From contig NZ_LN831039.1 of the NCBI RefSeq assembly GCF_001457595.1, positions 2,100,001 to 2,132,000 of the forward strand: a stretch of 32,000 nucleotides of DNA, in the 5' to 3' direction. How positions within the stretch are numbered: position 1 is the first letter of the stretch; the number at the start of each line of letters is the position of its first letter. Position numbers and translations under genes: made by a program. Positions 18,852-25,758 of the stretch are shown piece by piece. The stretch is from Mycolicibacterium smegmatis (lineage in GTDB: Bacteria > Actinomycetota > Actinomycetes > Mycobacteriales > Mycobacteriaceae). The notes below the pieces were generated by a model. That model had not been told where the DNA came from and ran no database searches. It saw nothing but the letters and a program-made list of their open reading frames with translations.

Positions 18852-19305
18852 GAAGGGCCTCCACGGGATTGCCGGCCTCGAACTCGGCCATGGTGTCACG
18901 TAGGACGTCGGCGATGGACGTCGTGGCCAGCGACTTGCGCAGCGCAGCGGTGGCGCGTGCATACACCCGAGACAGCACGGGTTGAATGCCGTATCCCACA
19001 TAGCATTCCGCGTCCGGGGGTGAAGCGTGCATGCCGAAGACCTCACCGTCGCCGACGGCGTTGTAGACGTCGAGCAGCGTGATCTTCGACGCAGCGCGGG
19101 TCAACGCCCAGCCGCCGTTGCGGCTGGACTCGACCAGGCCAGCGACCCGCAGGTCGCTCAAGCACCGGCGGATGACCACCGGGTTGGTGTTCACGCTGGT
19201 CGCGATGCGCTGCGAGGTACCGACCTCCTTGTCGGTGCCGCGACGATCGAAGGCAATCCACGTCAACACGTGCACCGCCAGACTCATCTTGCTGTTCGCA
19301 CTCAT
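18841..19305 (-). CDS. Rrf2-family (YwnA-like) transcriptional regulator
   Basis: MSANSKMSLAVHVLTWIAFDRRG...TSQRIATSVNTNPVVIRRCLSDLRVAGLVESSRNGGWALTRAASKITLLDVYNAV, the Rrf2 winged helix. It retains one Cys in the effector loop (DAECYVG). Confidence 0.9.
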   Translation of the reverse strand: MSANSKMSLAVHVLTWIAFDRRGTDKEVGTSQRIATSVNTNPVVIRRCLSDLRVAGLVESSRNGGWALTRAASKITLLDVYNAVGDGEVFGMHASPPDAECYVGYGIQPVLSRVYARATAALRKSLATTSIADVLRDTMAEFEAGNPVEALRGP

Positions 19306-19349
19306 GCTGCACCCCTCCCGACCTTCGCCCGTGATGCCGACGACGTCGA

Positions 19350-19404
19350 CTTGACTGTAACTAACCCTGTTACGTATGTTACCTGTAACAGGACCTGTTA
19401 CAAA
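19350..19404 (+). promoter_or_regulatory. Promoter with two GTAAC-N7-GTTAC operators (module copy A)
   Basis: TTGACT at 19351-19356, 18-bp spacer, TATGTT at 19375-19380. Operators GTAACTAACCCTGTTAC (19357-19373) and GTAACAGGACCTGTTAC (19385-19401). It sits between the Rrf2 gene and the divergent oxidoreductase genes. Confidence 0.8.
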
Positions 19405-19464
19405 CACCATGCTGGTCGATCAGAGATGCGTCTCGGCACCAACCGACGGGTGAGAGGGCAAAGC

Positions 19465-19641
19465 ATGTTTAAGGCAATCACTTTCGACACCTTGGCAGGA
19501 TCCGAATTGCTGCGGGTTCAGCCGTGCAGCCCCCGGTATAGCCGGCCCCACGAGGTGCGACTCGACATCGAATACATCGGTGTGAACAGGCCCGGCATGC
19601 ACTTTCGCTCCGGCATCTACCCAATCGAACAATGGAATTGA
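19465..19641 (+). pseudogene. N-terminal remnant of a zinc-type alcohol dehydrogenase/quinone oxidoreductase
   Basis: MFKAITFDTLAGSELLRVQPCSPRYSRPHEVRLDIEYIGVNRPGMHFRSGIYPIEQWN* resembles the N-terminus of the full gene at 24.4 kb (VQFTRLGGPEVLEMVPLQLSALQPGHVRVEIRTIGLNRFEALFRRDHY) and stops after 58 codons. Confidence 0.65.
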
Positions 19642-19645
19642 CATC

Positions 19646-20551
19646 GTGAAACTCGGACTGTTCGGCATTAACGTCGGCGCAGGGACAACGCCACAACGAG
19701 CCCACTCGACCGCCGTCCTGGCAGAGGAGCTGGGACTGGAGTCGCTATGGGCGCTCGATCACGTCGTGATGCCCTCGGGATACGAAACCAAGTACCCTTA
19801 CCACGAATCCGGCAAGATGATGGGCGGCGCCGAAGAGGTCGACATCGCCGACCCCCTGACCTGGCTCACCTTCGCTGCCGCGGTGACCGACCGGATCAAG
19901 CTCGGCACTGGCGTCATCATTCTGCCGCAACGCAACCCGGTGGTATTGGCCAAGCAGGCGGCCTCACTCGACGTGCTCAGCGGCGGTCGCCTGCTGCTTG
20001 GGGTTGGGGTGGGGTGGCTGGCTGAAGAGTTCGCCGCTGTGGGCGTGCCGTGGGCCGACCGCGGCCGCCGACACGACGACTACATCGAGGCGATGCGCGC
20101 GCTGTGGCGTGACACCAAGGCCAGCGTGCACAACACCTACACCGATTTCGACAACGCGATCAGCCTGCCCCAACCCGCCGGCGGCGCCGTACCGATCGTC
20201 ATCGGCGGCCGCTCGAACCGATCCGCGCGCCGGGCAGCCGCGATCGGGGACGGCTACTTCCCCAGCATCACCGAGCCCGACCAACTGAGCCCACTGCTAG
20301 ACATCATGAACTCCGAAGCCCAACGGTTGCATCGCGATCCCACTGACATCGAGGTGACCGTGCCCTACCCCGGCGACCCTGCCGAACTCACCGCCGCCGC
20401 CCACGGTGACACTGCCGCGCTCGAACGCATTACGGCACTGCTGCAGGGATTCGCCGACAGCGGGGTGTCGCGAACACTGCTGGCCGGCGTGGCCGACGAG
20501 GCACTCCCGCCCTTGCTCAAGCACCTGGGCGACCGCGTCGATCTGAGCTGA
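19646..20551 (+). CDS. LLM-class F420-dependent/luciferase-like oxidoreductase
   Basis: MKLGLFGINVGAGTTPQRAHSTAVLAEELGLESLWALDHVVMP...TGVIILPQRNPVVLAKQAASLDVLSGGRLLLGVGVGWLAEEF. Confidence 0.95.
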   Translation: MKLGLFGINVGAGTTPQRAHSTAVLAEELGLESLWALDHVVMPSGYETKYPYHESGKMMGGAEEVDIADPLTWLTFAAAVTDRIKLGTGVIILPQRNPVVLAKQAASLDVLSGGRLLLGVGVGWLAEEFAAVGVPWADRGRRHDDYIEAMRALWRDTKASVHNTYTDFDNAISLPQPAGGAVPIVIGGRSNRSARRAAAIGDGYFPSITEPDQLSPLLDIMNSEAQRLHRDPTDIEVTVPYPGDPAELTAAAHGDTAALERITALLQGFADSGVSRTLLAGVADEALPPLLKHLGDRVDLS

Positions 20552-20647
20552 TTGACCTGACGCCGCTGCTCACCCCGCAGCAACGCCCATATCCACGAGA
20601 CCCAGCAACGACCCCACCGCCATCCCTACACACCAAGGAGAACACCC

Positions 20648-21394
20648 ATGGGACAGCTCGACGGCAAAGTAGCATTGATCACCGGTGGAAGCGCCGGCAT
20701 CGGTTTGGCGACCGCACGCAGCTTCGCCTCCGAAGGCGCCCAGGTCTATCTGACCGGACGCCGTAAGGAGGTCGTCGACGCCGCCGTCGCCGACATCAAG
20801 GCTGACACTGGCGTCCAGGTCACCGGCATCGTCGGCGACGTGTCCGACATGGCGTCGCTGGACGCGTTGTATAAGACCATCACCGATCGCAGCGGCCGCC
20901 TCGACGTGCTGGTCGCCAACGCCGGCAGCGGCCGCCCCATCGGCCTGGCCGATATCACCGAAGAGCACTACGACACCACCTTCGACGACAACGTCAAGGG
21001 CCTAGTGTTTACCGTGCAGAAGGCGTTGCCGCTGCTGCCCGACGGGGCCTCAGTGGTGCTGATGTCGTCGATCTCTGGCATCGACGGCCAGCCAGGCATG
21101 AGCGTGTACGCCGCCACCAAGGCAGCGATCCGCAACTTCGCCCGCTCCTGGGCGATCGAACTTGCGCCGCGCAACATCCGCGTCTCGGCGCTGTGCCCCG
21201 GGCCGGTGAACACCCCCGGCATGAGCAACGTCCTGGAAGAACTCGGCGACGACGGCGCCAGCACCATCACCACACCAATGGGACGACTGGGCGAGGCCAG
21301 TGAGATCGCAGCCGGCGCAGTGTTCCTCGCCTCGGAACAATCGTCCTTCCTCACCGGCTCGGACCTGATCATCGACGGTGGCGCAGCCGTCTAG
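20648..21394 (+). CDS. SDR-family oxidoreductase
   Basis: MGQLDGKVALITGGSAGIGLATARSFASEGAQVYLTGRR...; YAATKAA, CPGPVNTPGM, C-terminal SDLIIDGGAAV. An aAGGAG RBS precedes it. Confidence 0.95.
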   Translation: MGQLDGKVALITGGSAGIGLATARSFASEGAQVYLTGRRKEVVDAAVADIKADTGVQVTGIVGDVSDMASLDALYKTITDRSGRLDVLVANAGSGRPIGLADITEEHYDTTFDDNVKGLVFTVQKALPLLPDGASVVLMSSISGIDGQPGMSVYAATKAAIRNFARSWAIELAPRNIRVSALCPGPVNTPGMSNVLEELGDDGASTITTPMGRLGEASEIAAGAVFLASEQSSFLTGSDLIIDGGAAV

Positions 21395-21576
21395 AGCCCT
21401 GGGCACTGTCACCAAACTGCACGAGACAAACTCGATGGGAATTCATGACTCTCTCCGGCAGTCCCCTCCAACACGGAGCTGGTTGCTGCGATGGCGCACC
21501 GACGTGAGCAGACCGGCACCAACTGGGCTGGTAAACGGCGCGCCGGGATCAGTCAGGAAACGACGCCTCCTGCGGA

Positions 21577-21909
21577 TTGCGGTGGGGGAGTCGCGGCGGG
21601 ATCCGCTTTCTTCGCAGGCTGCGCACCACCAGGCGGACGGGAACGGTGGCAGCGCCGCAGGCGGAGTACGTGGACTCGATCGACATCAATGACCAGCTGT
21701 TCGCGCTGCCGAAGACGCGACTCGTACTCTGCACGCGTACACCAGCAGCGGCACCGTTGTTCTTCTGGACGGGCTCCGACGTGCTGACGTCTCGACGTCC
21801 GCTGAGTGACCGAGGATCCGACAGTGTCGAGGTCGGATTCGATGATACGACGCTGACTCTGAAGGCGGTGACGCTGCAGATGTATCACCGAGGAAAGCAG
21901 ATCAGTGTG
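21577..21909 (+). pseudogene. 5' part of an uncharacterised ORF interrupted by the IS element; continues at 23407-23544
   Basis: The frame ...AEYVDSIDINDQLFALPKTRLVLCTRTPAAAPLFFWTGSDVL...QMYHRGKQISV continues, after removing the IS plus one TSD copy, into QWPDVSSTTGFASLTSPGPHRYVIAADVPASGVKARLSLRIEFHC*. The true start is unclear. Confidence 0.55.
21901..21909 (+). repeat. Target-site duplication, left copy (ATCAGTGTG)
   Basis: Identical 9-mer at 23398-23406, immediately outside the other IS end. Confidence 0.95.
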
Positions 21910-23397
21910 GAGGAATTGTCAATACCTGTGGATCGGGGTGTTTCAGGCGACCTCCGTTCCGGCGTGCTGACCGCCGTCTGAGGGCGATGTTGGCGGGGTG
22001 ATGTCGGTGGGTCGTTCGAGCAGTCTGCCTTTATGGAAGACCGCGCCGGCGCGGACCAGGGCGACCAGGTGTGGGGCGTTGACGGCACGCCAGCGGGCCG
22101 CGGCGGCGTCGATGAGCTTGTAGGCCATCGCTAGTCCGGCCGCTCGTGATCCGGGCCCCTTGGTGACCTTGGTCCTCAAACGCACTGTGGCAAAGGTGGA
22201 TTCGATCGGATTCGTCGTTCGCAGATGAATCCAATGTTCGGCCGGATACTTGTAGAATTCCAGCAGCACATCGAGGTCGTCGGTGATCTTAGCGACCGCC
22301 TTGGGATACTTCGCGCCGAAGTCGGCCTCGAAGGCCTTGACCGCGATCTGGGCCTTGTCGATATCCTCGGCGTTGTAGATCTCCTTGATCGCCGCCAGCG
22401 CCGACGGGTGCGCTGATTTCGGCAGTGCAGCAAGAACATTGGCCTGCTTATGAAACCAGCACCGCTGCTCTTTGGTGGCCGGGAAAACCTCGCGGACTGC
22501 TTTCCAGAACCCGAGCGCGCCATCGCCGATCGCGAGTACGGGGGCGGTCATGCCGCGGCGCTTGCAGTCGCGCAACAGATCGGCCCACGACTCGGCCGAC
22601 TCGCGGTAGCCGTCGGTGATCGCCACGAGCTCCTTGCGGCCATCAGCACGCACGCCCAGCATCACCAGCAGACAGAGCTTTTCCTGGTCCAGCCGCACCT
22701 TGAGGTGAATGCCGTCGACCCACAGATACACGCAATCAGTGGCCGAGAGGTCGCGGGCCCCAAACGCGCGGGCCTCGTCTTGCCACTGCGCCGTGAGCCG
22801 GGTGATCGTGCTGGCCGACAGCCCAGCGCCGGAGCCGAGGAACTGCTCGAGGGCAGGGGTGAAATCGTTGCTCGACAGGCCGTGCAGGTACAGCAGCGGC
22901 AGTACCTCGCTCATCTGCGGCGACTTGCGCGCCCAGGCCGGCAGGATCGCCGAGGAGAACCGCTTGCGTTCACCGGTGTCGGGGTCGACACGGCGGTCGT
23001 TGACCCGCGGCGCTTTCACCTGCACCGCGCCGGCGGCGGTCAGCACCTCCCGGGGCTGGTGATAGCCGTTTCGCACCACCAACCGGTGACCGTTCTCGTC
23101 GAGTTGATCGGCGAACTGCGCCACGTAGGCGGCGACCTCGGCCTGCAACGCCGCGGCCAGCATCTGCCGGGCCCCGTCGCGGACGATCTCATCCAACAAC
23201 GACCGACCAGCACCGCTGGCCTTGTCGTTGGCGTCCTCGGTGTCGTGAACTACGGTGAGCATGGGCGTACCTTCCCAACCAGCGCGCCAACGCCGGTCTT
23301 GATCGAATACCTGATTCCGTGAAGATCATCCCCGGGAAGGTGCGCCCATCTTCACGCCCCCACACCGAGGCTCATCCACAGGTATTGATCATTGCTC
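21910..23397 (-). mobile_element. Complete IS256-family insertion sequence, IS6120-like, 1488 bp
   Basis: 24-bp imperfect terminal inverted repeats (GAGGAATTGTCAATACCTGTGGAT / GAGCAATGATCAATACCTGTGGAT, 21/24), 9-bp TSD and one intact transposase. Size, IR length and TSD length fit what I recall of IS6120. Confidence 0.95.
21943..23262 (-). CDS. IS256-family transposase, full length (439 aa)
   Basis: MLTVVHDTEDANDKASGAGRSLLDEIVRDGARQMLAAALQAEVAAYV...DCVYLWVDGIHLKVRL...AIGDGALGFWKAVREVFP...RCWFHKQANVL. Confidence 0.97.
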   Translation of the reverse strand: MLTVVHDTEDANDKASGAGRSLLDEIVRDGARQMLAAALQAEVAAYVAQFADQLDENGHRLVVRNGYHQPREVLTAAGAVQVKAPRVNDRRVDPDTGERKRFSSAILPAWARKSPQMSEVLPLLYLHGLSSNDFTPALEQFLGSGAGLSASTITRLTAQWQDEARAFGARDLSATDCVYLWVDGIHLKVRLDQEKLCLLVMLGVRADGRKELVAITDGYRESAESWADLLRDCKRRGMTAPVLAIGDGALGFWKAVREVFPATKEQRCWFHKQANVLAALPKSAHPSALAAIKEIYNAEDIDKAQIAVKAFEADFGAKYPKAVAKITDDLDVLLEFYKYPAEHWIHLRTTNPIESTFATVRLRTKVTKGPGSRAAGLAMAYKLIDAAAARWRAVNAPHLVALVRAGAVFHKGRLLERPTDITPPTSPSDGGQHAGTEVA

Positions 23398-23406
23398 ATC
23401 AGTGTG
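23398..23406 (+). repeat. Target-site duplication, right copy (ATCAGTGTG)
   Basis: Matches 21901-21909. Confidence 0.95.
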
Positions 23407-23693
23407 CAGTGGCCCGACGTGTCGAGCACGACTGGTTTCGCATCGCTGACCTCACCCGGCCCGCATCGCTACGTCATCGCCGCCGATGTGCCAGCGTCTG
23501 GTGTGAAGGCGCGACTGTCATTGCGGATCGAATTCCATTGCTGAAAAACGGCATTGGAGAGCCTCGCGACCGCTGCAGTCCCGCGAGACCTCGGCGCCTG
23601 CGGCAGCAGCCCGCACGCAGGAGCCCGTCACGTCGATGACGTCGACCGCAGCCGCGGCCGGCTCGACATCACAACCCGAACGGAGAACGACCA

Positions 23694-24056
23694 ATGCCCG
23701 ACCAATCACCCCTCACGATCTCGATGGTGACCATCGACTGCACCGACCCCGAGCAGCTGGCGGCGTGGTGGGCCGGCGCCATCGGCGGTGAGATGACTGT
23801 CGCAGCGCCCGACGAGTTCGTCGTGGTGACCTCGTCGCAGGGCCTGCGGCTGGGGTTCCAGAAGGTCCCTAACCCGACACCGGGCAAGAACCGGATGCAT
23901 CTGGATCTGCACTCCCACGACAGGGAGCGCGACGCCGCCCGGCTCGTCGCCGCCGGTGCCACCGAAGTGGGCGGGCACGCTGCCGGCGCAGACTTCGCGT
24001 GGGTGGTCTTGGCCGATCCGGCCGGCAATGTGTTCTGCGTTGCCGGTAGTTCGTAG
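23694..24056 (+). CDS. VOC/glyoxalase-like protein
   Basis: MPDQSPLTISMVTIDCTDPEQLAAWWAGAIGGEM...RLGFQKVPNPTPGKNRMHLDLHSHDRERDAARLVAAGATEV...WVVLADPAGNVFCV. Confidence 0.93.
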   Translation: MPDQSPLTISMVTIDCTDPEQLAAWWAGAIGGEMTVAAPDEFVVVTSSQGLRLGFQKVPNPTPGKNRMHLDLHSHDRERDAARLVAAGATEVGGHAAGADFAWVVLADPAGNVFCVAGSS

Positions 24057-24234
24057 GCGGTCCGCACTGGGAAGTAGGAGCGCCGACATCGTCCCCGTAC
24101 AGGGCGCCGCCGAGCTTTCCAGGCGAATTCCTCTCTGCTGCAGCGACTCCCGGCGGATCTGTGCTTTCAGGTCAGCGACATGCCCGGTCAACGGCGTCCG
24201 CAGTGGCTTACGGGGGACCCTTTCTGGCCGTCCG

Positions 24235-24292
24235 CTTGACTGTAACCAACTTCGTTACATATAGTCAGTGTGTAACAGGAATAGTTACAAAC
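24235..24292 (+). promoter_or_regulatory. Promoter with two GTAAC-N7-GTTAC operators (module copy B)
   Basis: TTGACT 24236-24241, 18-bp spacer, TATAGT 24260-24265. Operators GTAACCAACTTCGTTAC (24242-24258) and GTAACAGGAATAGTTAC (24272-24288). Closely similar to 19350-19404. Confidence 0.8.
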
Positions 24293-24337
24293 GCTGCGTC
24301 GGGACAGCCCGGTCCAGCGACGCGAGCACCGACTTGA

Positions 24338-25402
24338 TTGGAACCAAAGATCATGAATCCATTGACGATTGAAGACCCCCGCGCCGTTGATGCGACGTCG
24401 GGGATGCGCCGGGTGCAGTTCACCCGACTGGGCGGACCCGAGGTGTTGGAGATGGTGCCGTTGCAGCTGTCCGCGCTGCAGCCCGGCCACGTGCGGGTAG
24501 AGATCCGCACCATCGGACTGAACCGCTTCGAGGCGCTGTTCCGCCGCGATCACTACGTGATCGCACCCACGTTGCCGGCGACGCTGGGCGTCGAAGCAGC
24601 GGGCAGCATCATCGAGACAGCGCCAGACGTCGAGGATTTCCAGATCGGGGACCGGGTAGCGATCCTGCCGATCCAGTCACCGACGGTGGGCACCGGCACC
24701 TACGCCACGCACGCCGACGTTCCGGTCGAAGCCCTCGTCCACATCGCCGATGGCCGGTCCGACGAGGAGGAAGCCGCGACGTGGATGGCTAGCCTGCAGG
24801 CCTACACCTTGGCCACGAAGGTGGAGATCGCCCCGGGTGACACCGTGATCGTGACCGCTGGGACGTCCTCAGTCGGCACCGCGCTGATCCAAATCGCCCA
24901 TGACCTCGGCGCTACCGTGATCGCGACGACACGCACCATGGCGCGCAAGCCCGAACTCATCGCGCTGGGTGCTGATCATGCGATCGCAACCGACGACGAA
25001 GACCTCGCCGCTGTAGTCGCCGCGCTCACCAACGGGCGCGGCGCCAAGGTCGTCTACGACACTGTAGGCGGGCCCCTGCTGGCTGCGCTGATCGACGCGA
25101 CTGCGCAATTCGGCCACGTGCTGTGCTACGGCGCTCAAACTTCACCCGACATCCGTGCTGCCCGAGTCGACGTGCCACTGGTGTCGCTGGACCGCAAATC
25201 CGTGTCGTTCGTCGACCTCTTCGAACTTGTCGAGTTCCCCGATCGCCTCGCGGCCGCCAAGACTTACATCGGTGACGTCCGCGACCGCGGAGCGCTGACG
25301 ATCGGCATCGACCGCGTGCTGGCGTTCGATGACGTCCAAGAAGCCCATCGCATCCTCGAATCAGGCCGTCTGGCAGGTAAATTGCTGCTCCGTGTGACCT
25401 AG
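24338..25402 (+). CDS. Medium-chain (zinc-type) alcohol dehydrogenase / NADPH:quinone oxidoreductase; the start may instead be the ATG at 24353
   Basis: ...MRRVQFTRLGGPEVLEMVPLQLSALQPGHVRVEIRTIGLNRFEALFRRDHYVIAPTLPATLGVEAAGSIIET...GDTVIVTAGTSSVGTALIQIAHDLGATVIATT. Confidence 0.93.
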   Translation: MEPKIMNPLTIEDPRAVDATSGMRRVQFTRLGGPEVLEMVPLQLSALQPGHVRVEIRTIGLNRFEALFRRDHYVIAPTLPATLGVEAAGSIIETAPDVEDFQIGDRVAILPIQSPTVGTGTYATHADVPVEALVHIADGRSDEEEAATWMASLQAYTLATKVEIAPGDTVIVTAGTSSVGTALIQIAHDLGATVIATTRTMARKPELIALGADHAIATDDEDLAAVVAALTNGRGAKVVYDTVGGPLLAALIDATAQFGHVLCYGAQTSPDIRAARVDVPLVSLDRKSVSFVDLFELVEFPDRLAAAKTYIGDVRDRGALTIGIDRVLAFDDVQEAHRILESGRLAGKLLLRVT

Positions 25403-25517
25403 ATTGGCTGCGGTGAGCGCAGCATCTCGGAGCACCCTCTTTAGGCGCCTCAGCCATGCGGGATGTCCTGCCCATCACGAGTGAGGGCCTTGTCGGCAGG
25501 TGGAATCTTTGCCACCA

Positions 25518-25540
25518 GTTGTGAACGGATTTGTGAACGA
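25518..25540 (+). repeat. Island-end repeat, candidate integrase arm-type site (second copy)
   Basis: GTTGTGAACGGATTTGTGAACGA, 22/23 match to 15222-15244. Confidence 0.6.
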
Positions 25541-25653
25541 GACAGTGCGGAACACGCGTGATGCCTGGGGACGCGGCGCAACAATCCAGACCGCAACTGA
25601 TTGCTGACCTGCATAGACAGGGCGTAGCGGTAGACGCAAGACCGCAACCGGCC

Positions 25654-25700
25654 GGCTCATAACCCAGAGGTCGCAGGTTCGAATCCTGTCCCCGCTACTA
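25654..25700 (+). repeat. Right attachment-site-like repeat (attR): 3' fragment of initiator tRNA
   Basis: Perfect 47-bp copy of 15109-15155. The 5' half of the tRNA is absent here. Confidence 0.95.
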
Positions 25701-25705
25701 GGTGG

Positions 25706-25737
25706 AACGGCCCCCGGAGGATACTCCGGGGGCCGTT
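25706..25737. terminator. Hairpin terminator just outside the island
   Basis: AACGGCCCCCGGAG-GATA-CTCCGGGGGCCGTT, perfect 14-bp stem followed by CTCATTTC. Likely the original tRNA-fMet terminator, and also positioned downstream of mimR. Confidence 0.78.
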
Positions 25738-25758
25738 CTCATTTCGGTGTTCTGGTGC

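Larger units (their letters stand above)
15109..25700. mobile_element. Integrated genomic island (~10.5 kb) at the initiator tRNA-fMet gene; no integrase recognised
   Basis: Bounded by a perfect 47-bp repeat of the tRNA 3' part. Near both ends, inside the island, lies a second 23-bp repeat (15222-15244 and 25518-25540). The cargo is redox enzymes and regulators. Confidence 0.85.

Noticed and set aside
1-23397. Composite transposon formed by the two IS6120-like copies
   Set aside because: The right copy has a perfect 9-bp TSD of its own, and the intervening 21 kb includes conserved core genes in syntenic order plus the tRNA. Independent insertions are simpler.
23706-24191. Minus-strand ORF starting MTGHVADLKAQIRRESLQQRGIRLES
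   Set aside because: The N-terminus looks mildly protein-like, but most of it is antisense to the VOC gene. There is insufficient support to call a gene or remnant.
25654-25700. Possible second tRNA gene
   Set aside because: Only the anticodon-loop-to-3' half is present, with no D arm or 5' acceptor strand. It is better explained as an att-site duplication.
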